DNA of 64,000 nt from Candidatus Saccharimonadota bacterium (GCA_017531585.1 JAFXKT010000002.1:70203-134202); one strand, 5' to 3'; numbered from the stretch's first letter, positions 1 to 9,321 are shown. A program made the numbers and translations. The notes: a model not told the origin generated them from the sequence alone.

Positions 1-259
1 TAATAATAGAGCTAATTTCTTCAAATGGAATCGGGTTTAGGCTGTCGCGAAGGTTGGATAATTCATCACAGTATTCCTTTGGTAAGAAATCTGGGCGAAG
101 CGACATGAGCTGACCAATCTTGATATATGTAGGGCCAAGATCGACAAGAACAGCGCAAAGCTTTTCTGGTGTGAAGCCATGCAAAACATCATGCTTGCGC
201 AAAATCCCAAGCATCTCAAACAAGCGGCTGTGGTTCTTAGCCTCGCTGGCTTCTGTCAT
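1..259 (-). CDS. ABC1/UbiB-family atypical kinase, N-terminal part (gene runs off the left edge of the window)
   Basis: Absent from the ORF track because it is open at the edge. Manual translation from ATG at 259-257 gives MTEASEAKNHSRLFEMLGILRKHDVLHGFTPEKLCAVLVDLGPTYIKIGQLMSLRPDFLPKEYCDELSNLRDSLNPIPFEEI. This matches the LGPTFIKxGQ / LSxRxDxLP / ELxxLxD N-terminal signature of ABC1/AarF kinases. Confidence 0.7.
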   Translation of the reverse strand, partial: MTEASEAKNHSRLFEMLGILRKHDVLHGFTPEKLCAVLVDLGPTYIKIGQLMSLRPDFLPKEYCDELSNLRDSLNPIPFEEISSII

Positions 260-306
260 ATGTATCTATTTTATATCAAAAAGCGCTTGTGCTAAAGATA
301 AAATGG

Positions 307-1482
307 TTAATTGCTCTGATCTAATTGACGGATGGCAGTCATGACGAGAAGTGTTTTTTGTAGGCTGCGCTGCGCGTGTATTCTCTTGCGAAAGAGGGTA
401 TTGATACTAGTAAGAGTTTTGAGAACTCTGTCTAATATAGCCGATAAGAAAAGTGACGAGATGGCAATTTCTAGAACGGCTATAGGCATCATCCAGAAGC
501 GATTAAGCACTCTGGGGTTTTCAAGTATGGCAGGATAGAAGATGTCATCGAATATCCAGGATACTAGATAAGCGCCAAGGCAAAGGCTCGATAGATACGC
601 TAGAGCTCGGTTTGCTTTGGCTGGAACCCTTGAGTAGTTTAGATTAATAAAGAAAAGAAAAACCAATGTTGTCAGTGCTACTACGAATGGATTACTGTGT
701 CCGTCGAGACTGCTAGAGACGAACACTTGAGAATATAGTGCTTTAAATACGAAAATGCCAGAAGCTGCCGAAGTAATGATGAGGCAGATGAGGTTCGTTC
801 TGGTTTTTAGTTTTGGTCTGTGCTCTCGAATAAAACATCCAATGAAATAATACATAAAAGGATAAAGACAGCCCCAATAATCTGGCAAAAGCTGTAAGTT
901 TTTTGTGGTATTTAGTATTTTTTCGGCCGTGAAGAATCCCTGAAAGTTAACCACATTAAATATGCTCGGAAGAGATGACAAAAGTACGAGTGTCCCAATG
1001 AGGGCTAGCTGCTGACGCTTATTTTTAAGATTGCGCCAAATGAGATTTAAAAATGGGACAAGAAGGAATAATCCGATATACATCTCAATATACCAGCCAT
1101 ATGGAGCAGCGCTAAAAGAGAAGAATCCGGATATGGATTCATATAGATTTAAGGGTTTTGGAGTAAAGAGATTGCGATATAGCAAGCAGGCTAGTGAGGC
1201 TAATAAATAAATTGCGATAGTGTGGCCGATTTTCTTGTAATAGCTGCGACTAAGCTCTTTGCGATTCATTAAGTATCCGGTCAAAACCATAAAAAGCGGT
1301 ACGCAGATCATGAGAAACTGCCGTATAGCGACGAGGAGTAGCATTTTGCCCCCAGCTACTTTTTGACTATACCAGTCAGTATGAAGAAAAAAGTGGACGC
1401 TGATTACTGTAATTAGAGCAAAAATACGCACTAGGTCTAGTGCTGGATCGCGTTTCTGCACAGCTCGTCCTCCACTTTGCAT
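307..1482 (-). CDS. Acyltransferase family 3 (OafA/YrhL-like) integral membrane protein
   Basis: 391-aa ORF with about 10 hydrophobic segments. The N-terminus DLVRIFALITVISVHFF is typical of acyltransferase_3. A TATAAT box lies 6 nt upstream of the ATG. Confidence 0.8.
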   Translation of the reverse strand: MQSGGRAVQKRDPALDLVRIFALITVISVHFFLHTDWYSQKVAGGKMLLLVAIRQFLMICVPLFMVLTGYLMNRKELSRSYYKKIGHTIAIYLLASLACLLYRNLFTPKPLNLYESISGFFSFSAAPYGWYIEMYIGLFLLVPFLNLIWRNLKNKRQQLALIGTLVLLSSLPSIFNVVNFQGFFTAEKILNTTKNLQLLPDYWGCLYPFMYYFIGCFIREHRPKLKTRTNLICLIITSAASGIFVFKALYSQVFVSSSLDGHSNPFVVALTTLVFLFFINLNYSRVPAKANRALAYLSSLCLGAYLVSWIFDDIFYPAILENPRVLNRFWMMPIAVLEIAISSLFLSAILDRVLKTLTSINTLFRKRIHAQRSLQKTLLVMTAIRQLDQSN

Positions 1483-1488
1483 ACCTCA

Positions 1489-1498
1489 ATTATAAGCA
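1489..1498 (-). promoter_or_regulatory. -10 promoter element (TGCTTATAAT) 6 nt upstream of the acyltransferase ATG
   Basis: The reverse complement of 1483-1498 reads TGCTTATAAT-TGAGGT, followed by ATG at 1482. The geometry predicts a leaderless mRNA. Confidence 0.5.
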
Positions 1499-1571
1499 TG
1501 ACAATTTTTAAAAGTCTAGAAAAACAAGAGTTGGAGATATTTAATTCCTTAGGAATAAAAGTTTGCTTGTG

Positions 1572-2250
1572 CTAAAGATAGACTTTTAGTTTTTCGACAA
1601 TGCTGCTTCTCGAGCCGTCTTTCTCGATAAAATCATGATCTAGGTCGAAATGCTCGATTTGAATTTCGTTTTTTAGCAGAGAATAATCTTTGTTGTTTGG
1701 GATAACGGTATCTCTTGCCGCGTCGAAAATAATTAATTTGGTCTTTGCACCTAGATTGTTGTATTTGTCGGGTAGGTCCGAGATATTGGCATAATCTTCC
1801 CAATAATCTGGCAAGAATAGAGTATAGTATCCGGCACTTCGTTTTCTTAGGATGCTGCCGTCTGGCTGTGGGGTAGATTTTTGATTTTCGAGAGTTATTC
1901 GCCTAGCCTCGTCTCCGCTTTCGTAGCCAATTACTGGGGCGAGCAAGATGGTAGTAGAAACATTCTCGAGCTGAGCAAGAGCGGCAATAATGCAGCCCTG
2001 TGAATGGCAAATAAGATTAATCTCGGCATTAGGATTTGCCTGTCTTAGCTCGGTATATTTTTGGCGAAGCTTTTGGGCTCGACTCGTAAAAGTTGCGGCA
2101 GTTGCCACGGTATTGTCCAGGTTCCAATCATCGTAAGAAAAAAAGCACATGTTCTACGCCTGGAAAGGCATCTATGATAGGGTTAAAAAGACCGTTGTCG
2201 TCGGCATGAGTGCCAAAACCATGGGAATAAAGAAAAATGCGCTTATTCAT
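1572..2250 (-). pseudogene. Alpha/beta-hydrolase (esterase/lipase-like, GxSxG = HSQGC) split by a frameshift in an A7/T7 homopolymer
   Basis: ORF 1572-2150 (MCFFSYDDW..., CHSQGC nucleophile elbow) lacks the N-terminal strand. A 40-codon ORF at 2250-2128 (MNKRIFLYSHGFGTHADDNGLFNPIIDAFPGVEHVLFFLR*) supplies it in another frame. The two frames meet at the A7 run 2138-2144. Removing one base gives ...EHVLFSYDDW..., a continuous 225-aa protein. Confidence 0.6.
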
Positions 2251-2259
2251 ATTAATCCG

Positions 2260-2268
2260 AGTTTAGCA
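2260..2268 (-). promoter_or_regulatory. Extended -10 promoter (TGCTAAACT) for the hydrolase gene
   Basis: The reverse complement reads TGCTAAACT, 9 nt upstream of ATG 2250. The identical nonamer precedes the gene starting at 12809. Confidence 0.45.
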
Positions 2269-2290
2269 TAAAAAATCGCCCATCTGGGCG
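2268..2290 (-). terminator. Intrinsic terminator downstream of tRNA-Gly
   Basis: On the minus strand the sequence is CGCCCAGATGGGCG hairpin followed by ATTTTTTAT. Confidence 0.55.
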
Positions 2291-2302
2291 TCATTCTTTA
2301 GA

Positions 2303-2379
2303 TGGTGCGGGTTAAGAGACTCTAACTCTCGACCTCTTCCTTGGCAAGGAAGCGCTCTAAACAACTGAGCTAAACCCGC
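2303..2379 (-). tRNA. tRNA-Gly (anticodon GCC), CCA encoded
   Basis: Reverse complement GCGGGTT TA GCTC AGTTGTTTA GAGC G CTTCC TTGCCAA GGAAG AGGTC GAGAG TTAGAGT CTCTT AACCCGC A CCA. It forms a full cloverleaf with 7-bp acceptor, 5-bp anticodon and 5-bp T stems. Confidence 0.9.
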
Positions 2380-2496
2380 ATAATTCTTGCGAACTGTCCT
2401 TATTCTAGCAAGAAGTATTACGAATGTCAAACAAAAGTCGCAATAAAAATCGAATAAAAATTGTGATCAAAATGCTTATTTTAAACACGATGCTTA

Positions 2497-2505
2497 TGTT
2501 ATAAT
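2497..2505 (+). promoter_or_regulatory. Extended -10 promoter (TGTTATAAT) of the pilus/adhesin operon
   Basis: TGtTATAAT at 2497-2505, followed by SD AAGAGG and ATG 2528. Confidence 0.55.
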
Positions 2506-2527
2506 TAACCAAAAGAGGTATGTATAA

Positions 2528-5500
2528 ATGAGAGGCCATTTAAGGGGTAGGAAACCCCTAAAAAAGCTGTTTGCGTTTTTGGCTACTTTTTGCATGCTTT
2601 CTGGTGCTTTGGCTTTGGTGAATCTAATTAAGACTGAAGCCGCTGGGGAATACCATATAAACATCACGTCGAATGATACTTCGATGGGTGGTTTTGGTTA
2701 TGGCGGTGACTGTACTGGCACAATGTATGCAGACTATCGTGCGCAGGCAGACTATGATTATGAAAGGCCATTTCCGAATGGTGGGAATGTAATAACTGCC
2801 TGTCCTGCTTCTGGATATTATTTTGACCACTGGCTAGTAAATGGTCAGCGAGCTGGCACGAATCCAACTCAGGCGCAATTTTATAGTTGGTACTCAGATG
2901 TTGTTTACGATTCAAATAATGAGATAAACATCGAGGCGGTATTTATTGATGCCTTCAGTGTTGTTGCGAATGTTGACGCTGGAGTGGGTGGCACTATTCA
3001 GATGGGCTGGATTAATCCTTCTGACTATACTGCAGTACCGATTAATGGTACGGCAACTAATGAAATCACTTTTTCTGTTCCTGATACTGGAAATTCTGTT
3101 ACCACAGACACGATTACCGCGACGCCGGATCAAGGATATATGTTTGCGGGCGTGACTACTTCTGGGACAAATGTTGTCTATAATAATCTAGGAAATAATC
3201 AGTTTACGCTTACTATTAGTGGCGATGGTACGGCGACGGTTCTTTTTGCGCCTATAGCCTATACGGCAACTATCAATGCTGGTACTGGTACGGCTACGGT
3301 TCCGGTTCCTACTGACGCTAACTATACTGTTACAGATAATGGTACGAGCACTGTTTCTGTAACTTCTACGAGCACTAATGTTCAGGTTCCTGTTACGATT
3401 ACGCCAGCAGGCGGATATGAAGCAAACTCGGTTACGACTAGTGGCTCTGTTAGTTATAACAACGATCTTAGCAATAATGCATTTTCGTTTACTATTACTG
3501 GCGATGGCGGCCAAGTTACTGTAAACTATGCGGCTGTTAATACTGCTGAAATATATATATCGAATGGTACTTTGAATGCCTGGGGCAATGACATTACGCT
3601 AACGAACAATCAGACGGCGCACGTTACTGCGACTGCGAGAGGTACGCAGACACTTACAGTACAACCTTCGCCAAGTGGCGGGTATAGAGTTAATGCTGCA
3701 AATCCTGTCTCGACGACTGGTAGTGTTACGTATAACAATGACTATAATGGCAGTCAATTTACTCTCTCGATCGCTGGTGACGGTACTGCAACTGTAAACC
3801 TAGAACAAATTACCTATACCGCAACAATCAATGCTGGCGCTGGTACAGCTACGGTTCCGACAAGCACAAACTATACCGTTACAAATAGCGGCACAAGTAC
3901 CGTAACGGTTACTTCGACAAGTACTAACATTTCTGTTCCTGTTTCTATTACTCCGCCAAGCGGCAACGTAGTAGATTCTGTTTCGGTTACGGGTAGTGCT
4001 GGGTATAATGGTGATCTAAATGGAAATGATTTCTCCTTTACTATTACGGGTGATGGAGGTCAGGTTTCTGTGTCTTATGCTCCAGCATATGTTGTTTCTG
4101 TTGATGCTGGCAGTGGTACATCGGCGGTTTCTGGAAATAATATTACGATTTCAGATAATAATACTGGTCTCGTCGCGATTACGGCTACGGGTAGTAAGAG
4201 CGCAAATATTACAGTAACTCCGCCATCTGGCTATAGTGTTGATTCTTCGAACCCAGTAACTGTAACTGGCGATGTTAGCTATTCGAACTACAATAATAAT
4301 TCCTTCACTATAAACATGACTGGAGCTGGTACGGTGACGGTAAACTATACTGGGCCATACAATGTTCTATTGGATGCTGGTTCTGGCACGGTTTCTGTTG
4401 CTAGTGGAACTGGGTATACTGTCGCTAATAACAACACGAGTCTAGCCACGGTTACTACGTCCGGTAATACTACTACGGGTACCATTACAGTAACTGCGCC
4501 AAGTGGCTATATGCTAAGTCCTAGCAATCCAATTACTTCGACAAATGGCACTACTACGTATAGTAATCTTAGTGGCGATACTCTAACTCTATCGATGGCT
4601 GGCGCCGATACGGTAACCTTTAACTATATTAGTGGTAGTCCATATGTCACTTCGTTCGATGTATCTCCTTCTGCAGGCGGAACTCTAAAACAAGGCTGGA
4701 GCTGTAACGGTTCTACGATCTCTAGCTTGCCATATGTTAGTACTAATACTACGGCTTCTGTTATTTATCCAAGTGATGGTGCTTTGACGGCTTGCCCAGA
4801 AAGCGGCTATGTCTTGGCCGGTTGGAGAATTAGCGGAGACAATATTACTACCTTTGATATTACATCCGGTAATAATCTAGCTTCCTTTCATCAATGGATT
4901 GGCGGCTCTAATGTCTATGATCGCATGTTCGCAAACGATACGCATAATGTTACCGTTACGGCGATGTTTGTTTCAGATCCAGCATATTCTGTAACCTTTG
5001 TTTCTGATGATTCTAGTCATGGTACGGTCAAAATCTCTTCTGGCTCGAACTATACTGCAAATCCAGACGGTACTGCGGCTGCAAGCGTGGTTGTAAGTTC
5101 TGATGGCCAAAGCGGCGACCTTAATGTTGCGCGTGTTGATGGCGTGCCTGCTTCCGGCTACTTCCTTCAGTCATTTACATCGGCAAATAACACTGAGCAG
5201 CAAACCGTTAGCTCCTGGCAGGAACTTAATAATGTTGGCAATGCCTACGGCTTCACTCTTACGGGTGCTGATACGATTACTGCGCATTTTGCTCAGTTTA
5301 CGGATATTGTTTACGAAGTTAGCGTTAATCTTCCATCGGTAGGCTCGATCGATATTCAAAATACCGACTGTAGTACAAGTACAAATCAGACCTTTACGAA
5401 GACCTTGATAGATAACGGTAGCTACTTCCAGCCGGCGCTCGATACGAACGGCCACGATCTAACCGCTTGTGTAGATAATGGTAACTACTACTTTAGTCAC

Positions 5501-7111
5501 TGGGTGATTGATGGCTGGATGAATATTTCCCAGAACGCAACTATCGATGAGGTTGGTTATTGGCCAAAGAATACTAATAATCACACTCTTCAGGCGGTCT
5601 TTGCGCCAAAGGCTACAGTTACGGTTATGCCTGACGATTCTTCGCACGGCTCAGTCTCTGTTCCGAGCGGCGCTGGCTATACGGTAACTACGAGTGGTAA
5701 TAATACTATTATCGAAACGGCTGCCGGCATGAATAAGACTACGGGAACTATAAATCTATCGCCAGCAAACGGTTACGTCTTCTCGTACTTTGAGGTTATG
5801 GACGGTAATGTAACTGTCAATCGTGGCTCTGGTAACAACGATTATACACTTACGATCGACGGTAACGACACGGTGATTGCGCACTTTGAGCCAGCAACAA
5901 ATGTAGTAGTAGATGACAATAGTCATGGCTATATTGCTTATTGGGATAGATATGCTAATCACGGGCAGGGCGCTGAAGTTCATCTAACTAACAATGAGCA
6001 ATATCTTGCTTCTTCTTCGGTCGTAAACGACGCAAGATATATTACAGGTGCAACTGGTGACTTCTGGGCAATGCCACGCAGTGGATATACCTTTGACCAC
6101 TGGGATTTGAACGGTACAACTGTTACTACGGCCGAACGCGGCGTGGTTCGCTCTGGAGATATCGAGTATCAGGCGGGTAGTAGCGGTAATCTTCCGACCC
6201 TTACTGCAAACTTCCGCGAGTATAGCCTCTATCATGTCTTTACTGGCTATAACGATGCGCATGGCTTCTTTGATCATTATCTTCCAGAGACGCAACGCAC
6301 TGGCGGCAATGGCGCACAGGCTGGTGATTATGACCTAGATGACAATCCGTTCCCTCAGGGCGCAACCGCGAAACGTTCTAGCGATACGCATGCGACTGCA
6401 CCAAACGGCTACTACTTCGCTTATTGGATTACGGGCTGCAACTCGAGCTTCATGGCAAGTGAGCAGGTCGAGACGTCTCCGGGCAATTATATAGATATGA
6501 ACGTGCTTGGAAATGAGACTATTATGACCCGCGATACATACTTCCGCCCAACGACCGAGCAGTTCAATGAATGTAGCGAATATGTTGCAGTTTGGTATCG
6601 CGTAAACCAGCAGCGCCTAATTGCAAGTTCAGAAAACGAATCAATTGGTACAGTTCAAACAAGTACCGATACTGGTTCGCCAAACCTTGGACTTTGTGGG
6701 CGTACGGCTGCCGGCACGAGTAGATTGATGCGTACAGTTGCAAACATGGGTGTCTATGATACGGCGAACGGCCTAAGTATTGATTGTTATCCAACTACGG
6801 TTATTACGAATCCGTCCTACGAAGTTGACCACTGGGAGCTAAACGGCAAAACCTTGTACGAGAATGGTAATATCGTGAGATCGGAGCAAATTCGAAAACG
6901 CGTCTATACTCAATCTGATGGCTCGGCACTGTACATTAAAGGTGATTCGTTGAACGACCTTATCGTATACTTCCGCCTCAAAGAGTTGCCACATACAGGC
7001 TCAATCGCAATCTGGTTTATTGTGGGCGGCGGCGTCGCGGCAGTCGCGGTCCCATCGGTAATACTATTAATAAGCGAACGAAAAGAACAAAAGAAAGGAG
7101 GTAAAAAATGA
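2528..7111 (+). CDS. Giant LPXTG-anchored surface protein built from InlB-B-repeat-like / Ig-like modules (candidate pilus tip adhesin)
   Basis: 1527 aa. N-terminal signal peptide (KKLFAFLATFCMLSGALALVNL). Repeated GY(Y/T/V)F(D/A/S)HW..NG motifs typical of B-repeat domains. C-terminal sorting signal LPHTG (6986-7000), then a hydrophobic stretch and ERKEQKKGGKK. Confidence 0.85.
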   Translation: MRGHLRGRKPLKKLFAFLATFCMLSGALALVNLIKTEAAGEYHINITSNDTSMGGFGYGGDCTGTMYADYRAQADYDYERPFPNGGNVITACPASGYYFDHWLVNGQRAGTNPTQAQFYSWYSDVVYDSNNEINIEAVFIDAFSVVANVDAGVGGTIQMGWINPSDYTAVPINGTATNEITFSVPDTGNSVTTDTITATPDQGYMFAGVTTSGTNVVYNNLGNNQFTLTISGDGTATVLFAPIAYTATINAGTGTATVPVPTDANYTVTDNGTSTVSVTSTSTNVQVPVTITPAGGYEANSVTTSGSVSYNNDLSNNAFSFTITGDGGQVTVNYAAVNTAEIYISNGTLNAWGNDITLTNNQTAHVTATARGTQTLTVQPSPSGGYRVNAANPVSTTGSVTYNNDYNGSQFTLSIAGDGTATVNLEQITYTATINAGAGTATVPTSTNYTVTNSGTSTVTVTSTSTNISVPVSITPPSGNVVDSVSVTGSAGYNGDLNGNDFSFTITGDGGQVSVSYAPAYVVSVDAGSGTSAVSGNNITISDNNTGLVAITATGSKSANITVTPPSGYSVDSSNPVTVTGDVSYSNYNNNSFTINMTGAGTVTVNYTGPYNVLLDAGSGTVSVASGTGYTVANNNTSLATVTTSGNTTTGTITVTAPSGYMLSPSNPITSTNGTTTYSNLSGDTLTLSMAGADTVTFNYISGSPYVTSFDVSPSAGGTLKQGWSCNGSTISSLPYVSTNTTASVIYPSDGALTACPESGYVLAGWRISGDNITTFDITSGNNLASFHQWIGGSNVYDRMFANDTHNVTVTAMFVSDPAYSVTFVSDDSSHGTVKISSGSNYTANPDGTAAASVVVSSDGQSGDLNVARVDGVPASGYFLQSFTSANNTEQQTVSSWQELNNVGNAYGFTLTGADTITAHFAQFTDIVYEVSVNLPSVGSIDIQNTDCSTSTNQTFTKTLIDNGSYFQPALDTNGHDLTACVDNGNYYFSHWVIDGWMNISQNATIDEVGYWPKNTNNHTLQAVFAPKATVTVMPDDSSHGSVSVPSGAGYTVTTSGNNTIIETAAGMNKTTGTINLSPANGYVFSYFEVMDGNVTVNRGSGNNDYTLTIDGNDTVIAHFEPATNVVVDDNSHGYIAYWDRYANHGQGAEVHLTNNEQYLASSSVVNDARYITGATGDFWAMPRSGYTFDHWDLNGTTVTTAERGVVRSGDIEYQAGSSGNLPTLTANFREYSLYHVFTGYNDAHGFFDHYLPETQRTGGNGAQAGDYDLDDNPFPQGATAKRSSDTHATAPNGYYFAYWITGCNSSFMASEQVETSPGNYIDMNVLGNETIMTRDTYFRPTTEQFNECSEYVAVWYRVNQQRLIASSENESIGTVQTSTDTGSPNLGLCGRTAAGTSRLMRTVANMGVYDTANGLSIDCYPTTVITNPSYEVDHWELNGKTLYENGNIVRSEQIRKRVYTQSDGSALYIKGDSLNDLIVYFRLKELPHTGSIAIWFIVGGGVAAVAVPSVILLISERKEQKKGGKK
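2954..4627 (+). repeat. Six tandem diverged modules of about 93 aa (about 280 nt) inside the giant LPHTG protein
   Basis: Recurring pattern xxVxxDAGxGT..V....YTV......T.VT......ITVTPPSGY.V....PV..TG.V.Y.N....FT....G.GTVTVNY. YTATINAG starts at about 3259 and about 3814, so two modules per 555 nt. Nucleotide identity is about 70% by eye. Confidence 0.75.
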
Positions 7112-7749
7112 AACGGCTGATAGCATTATTCGCTTTCCTTTCGACAATGTTGGCTAGCACGGGCTGCTATGCGGAAGCCGGCAATATTCATGGAACATAT
7201 GCCTATGACGGAGAGAATATTGACGGCGTAACGGTAGAACTTTACAAAATTGCAGATTATGACGGTGAAAGGTTTAACTTTGAACCGCCATATCTGGGTC
7301 ATGAAGTAGATATTGGATCAATGACAAATTCCGAACTCGGTGAATACGGCCAAGAATTAGCGGAGGTCGAAGCTGAGCCTACCTCTTCTCGGCAAACGAC
7401 GGATGGAAGCTATTACTTTGGCGATATAAGAGAAGGGATTTGGCTTGTAACTTTTAAAGATATAACGATTGGAGATTATACATACTCAGCTTTGCCAATC
7501 GTATTAACGATGCCGGACCTAAATAAAAGCTACCAACTCGAACTTACGGTCAAGATCGAGAAGAGCTGTCCGGACTGTGAGCCTGAGCCGGAACCGGAGC
7601 CAGTTCCGCCAGATGAAGACAACTCGAATACGAGAGATAAGATTTGGTTCTATATCAGATTATTAATAGTATTGATTATTATTGAAACGCTTACGCTTTT
7701 TGTTATAATTAAAGATAAGGAAAAGAAGGGTCAAAATGAAGAAAAATAA
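7108..7749 (+). CDS. Small Cna-B/prealbumin-like surface protein with acidic PE-linker and C-terminal TM anchor (candidate minor/basal pilin, no canonical LPXTG)
   Basis: 213 aa. ATGA start/stop overlap with the upstream gene and SD GGAGG. Signal peptide MKRLIALFAFLSTMLASTGCYA. GVTVELYKIADYDG...DGSYYFGDIREGIWLV resembles Cna-B/SpaA-fold repeats. The tail is PEPEPEPVPPDEDNSNTRD, then a TM segment and KDKEKK. Confidence 0.65.
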   Translation: MKRLIALFAFLSTMLASTGCYAEAGNIHGTYAYDGENIDGVTVELYKIADYDGERFNFEPPYLGHEVDIGSMTNSELGEYGQELAEVEAEPTSSRQTTDGSYYFGDIREGIWLVTFKDITIGDYTYSALPIVLTMPDLNKSYQLELTVKIEKSCPDCEPEPEPEPVPPDEDNSNTRDKIWFYIRLLIVLIIIETLTLFVIIKDKEKKGQNEEK

Positions 7750-9283
7750 AGTATTAGCAGCCATCGGCGCAGCTGCTGCGTCTGCGGTAATCATGGGTGG
7801 TGGCGTAAATGCGGCGCCTGTGACGATTACTACTGACGCCAACGGCGTTGTGACGAATACTGATACTATTCAGGTAAGCAATGTTACAAAATCTGGCGAT
7901 GCTTTTAAGGCTTGTAAAATCGTTGATGTAAAATATGATTCCACATCGAATGTCATTAGCTATGAGTTTACATCTGCTTTTAATGCTGTAAAGAGTAGCT
8001 TATCTTCGGAATTCCAAAGCATTACGATTGCAGACTATATGGGCAATGATTATGCTTCTGGTACAGCTTCCGGTAGTGCGGTTACTGGCAACACGAAGAT
8101 TGATAAACTTGCTGGCGAACTTGCATCTAACTCTACCTTCGTATCTAACTGTACGAACATGACTACTGGTAGCACATCGCCTTATGCTGCTACGGCTAAT
8201 GTTGCCTGGGGTGGCTACTTAATTATTCCGCAGGGTAACAGCTCTGAAATGACTGATGCTTATGGCGCGATGATTGCAAATCTTACTGCTCAGACGGATG
8301 GTAGCGGTTATAACGTAGATACAACACATGCAACCGTGAGCGCCAAAAAGAGTGCGGCTGGCTCTGTTCAGAAAACAACTAATAATACGGATGGCTCTTC
8401 TGACAATAGCTTTGCGATCAATGAGACATTCCGATATGTTGTCACGGCTGTATATCCAACCTACCCATCAAACGCTACGAATAAGAAGTTTATTGTAACG
8501 GATACTCCAGAATCTGGTATTACCCTAGATGATGTTGCTTCAATTGTGGCCGGTGGTACTGCACTTACGATAGATGGTAATAATATTAAGAACGGCGCAA
8601 ATACTGTCGGTACTATCTCGAACAGTAACGGTACAATTACCTTTACCTTTAACGACGTGAGTGCTCTTGGCGGCAATAATAACAATATCGTTATTACCTA
8701 TAATGCTCATTTGAATTCAAATGCTACACTTGGTGATGCAACTGGCGCAAATAGCGTAAACGAAAACTCTGTAACGATTAAGACTCCACAGAATCCATAT
8801 GATGTAAATTCGTCTTGGGAAACAAGTGGCCCGGTAACTACGACAGTTTATACCTATGGCATTAAAATCACGAAGATTAAAGAAAATGACTCTGCGGTTC
8901 TGCTTCCTGGTGCAGAATTTAATCTTTGCCTAGTCGCGGACACTAACTGTTCTAATCCGCTCAATGGTAATACGCCAATTACGACTAATGCGAGCGGTGA
9001 GGCTACTTATGTCTCTGTCGGCAATGGCGAGTATTATCTAAAAGAGATCAAAGCTCCAGCAGGCTATCGTCTTGCAGCAAATACTAGCGTTACGATTACT
9101 GTTAATAGCGGTGCTCAGAATCTAGATAATGGCTACTTCGAGTATACAATCGAAGATCCAGAATCAATCTTCAATCTGCCATTCACTGGTGGTCGTGGCG
9201 TAGTCGTCTATGCAATCCTCGGCGTCGGAATTGTTGGTATTGCATCCGTCTTTTACTATCGCAAGAAAAAGCAACAAGCTTAA
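7736..9283 (+). CDS. LPXTG pilin-like protein (candidate major pilin) with E-box
   Basis: 515 aa with a 14-nt overlap with the upstream gene. Signal peptide. C-terminal Cna-B-like domain with E-box YYLKEIKAPAGY (consensus YxLxExxAPxGY). Sorting signal LPFTG (9176-9190), then a hydrophobic stretch and YYRKKKQQA. Confidence 0.85.
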   Translation: MKKNKVLAAIGAAAASAVIMGGGVNAAPVTITTDANGVVTNTDTIQVSNVTKSGDAFKACKIVDVKYDSTSNVISYEFTSAFNAVKSSLSSEFQSITIADYMGNDYASGTASGSAVTGNTKIDKLAGELASNSTFVSNCTNMTTGSTSPYAATANVAWGGYLIIPQGNSSEMTDAYGAMIANLTAQTDGSGYNVDTTHATVSAKKSAAGSVQKTTNNTDGSSDNSFAINETFRYVVTAVYPTYPSNATNKKFIVTDTPESGITLDDVASIVAGGTALTIDGNNIKNGANTVGTISNSNGTITFTFNDVSALGGNNNNIVITYNAHLNSNATLGDATGANSVNENSVTIKTPQNPYDVNSSWETSGPVTTTVYTYGIKITKIKENDSAVLLPGAEFNLCLVADTNCSNPLNGNTPITTNASGEATYVSVGNGEYYLKEIKAPAGYRLAANTSVTITVNSGAQNLDNGYFEYTIEDPESIFNLPFTGGRGVVVYAILGVGIVGIASVFYYRKKKQQA

Positions 9284-9296
9284 TCAATAATCAAGA

Positions 9297-9321
9297 GTCG
9301 CGGCTACGGTCGCGGCTTTTT
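9297..9321 (+). terminator. Intrinsic terminator after the pilin gene (first of two)
   Basis: GTCGCG/CGCGGC 6-bp GC-rich stem with an 8-nt loop, followed by TTTTT. Confidence 0.55.
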
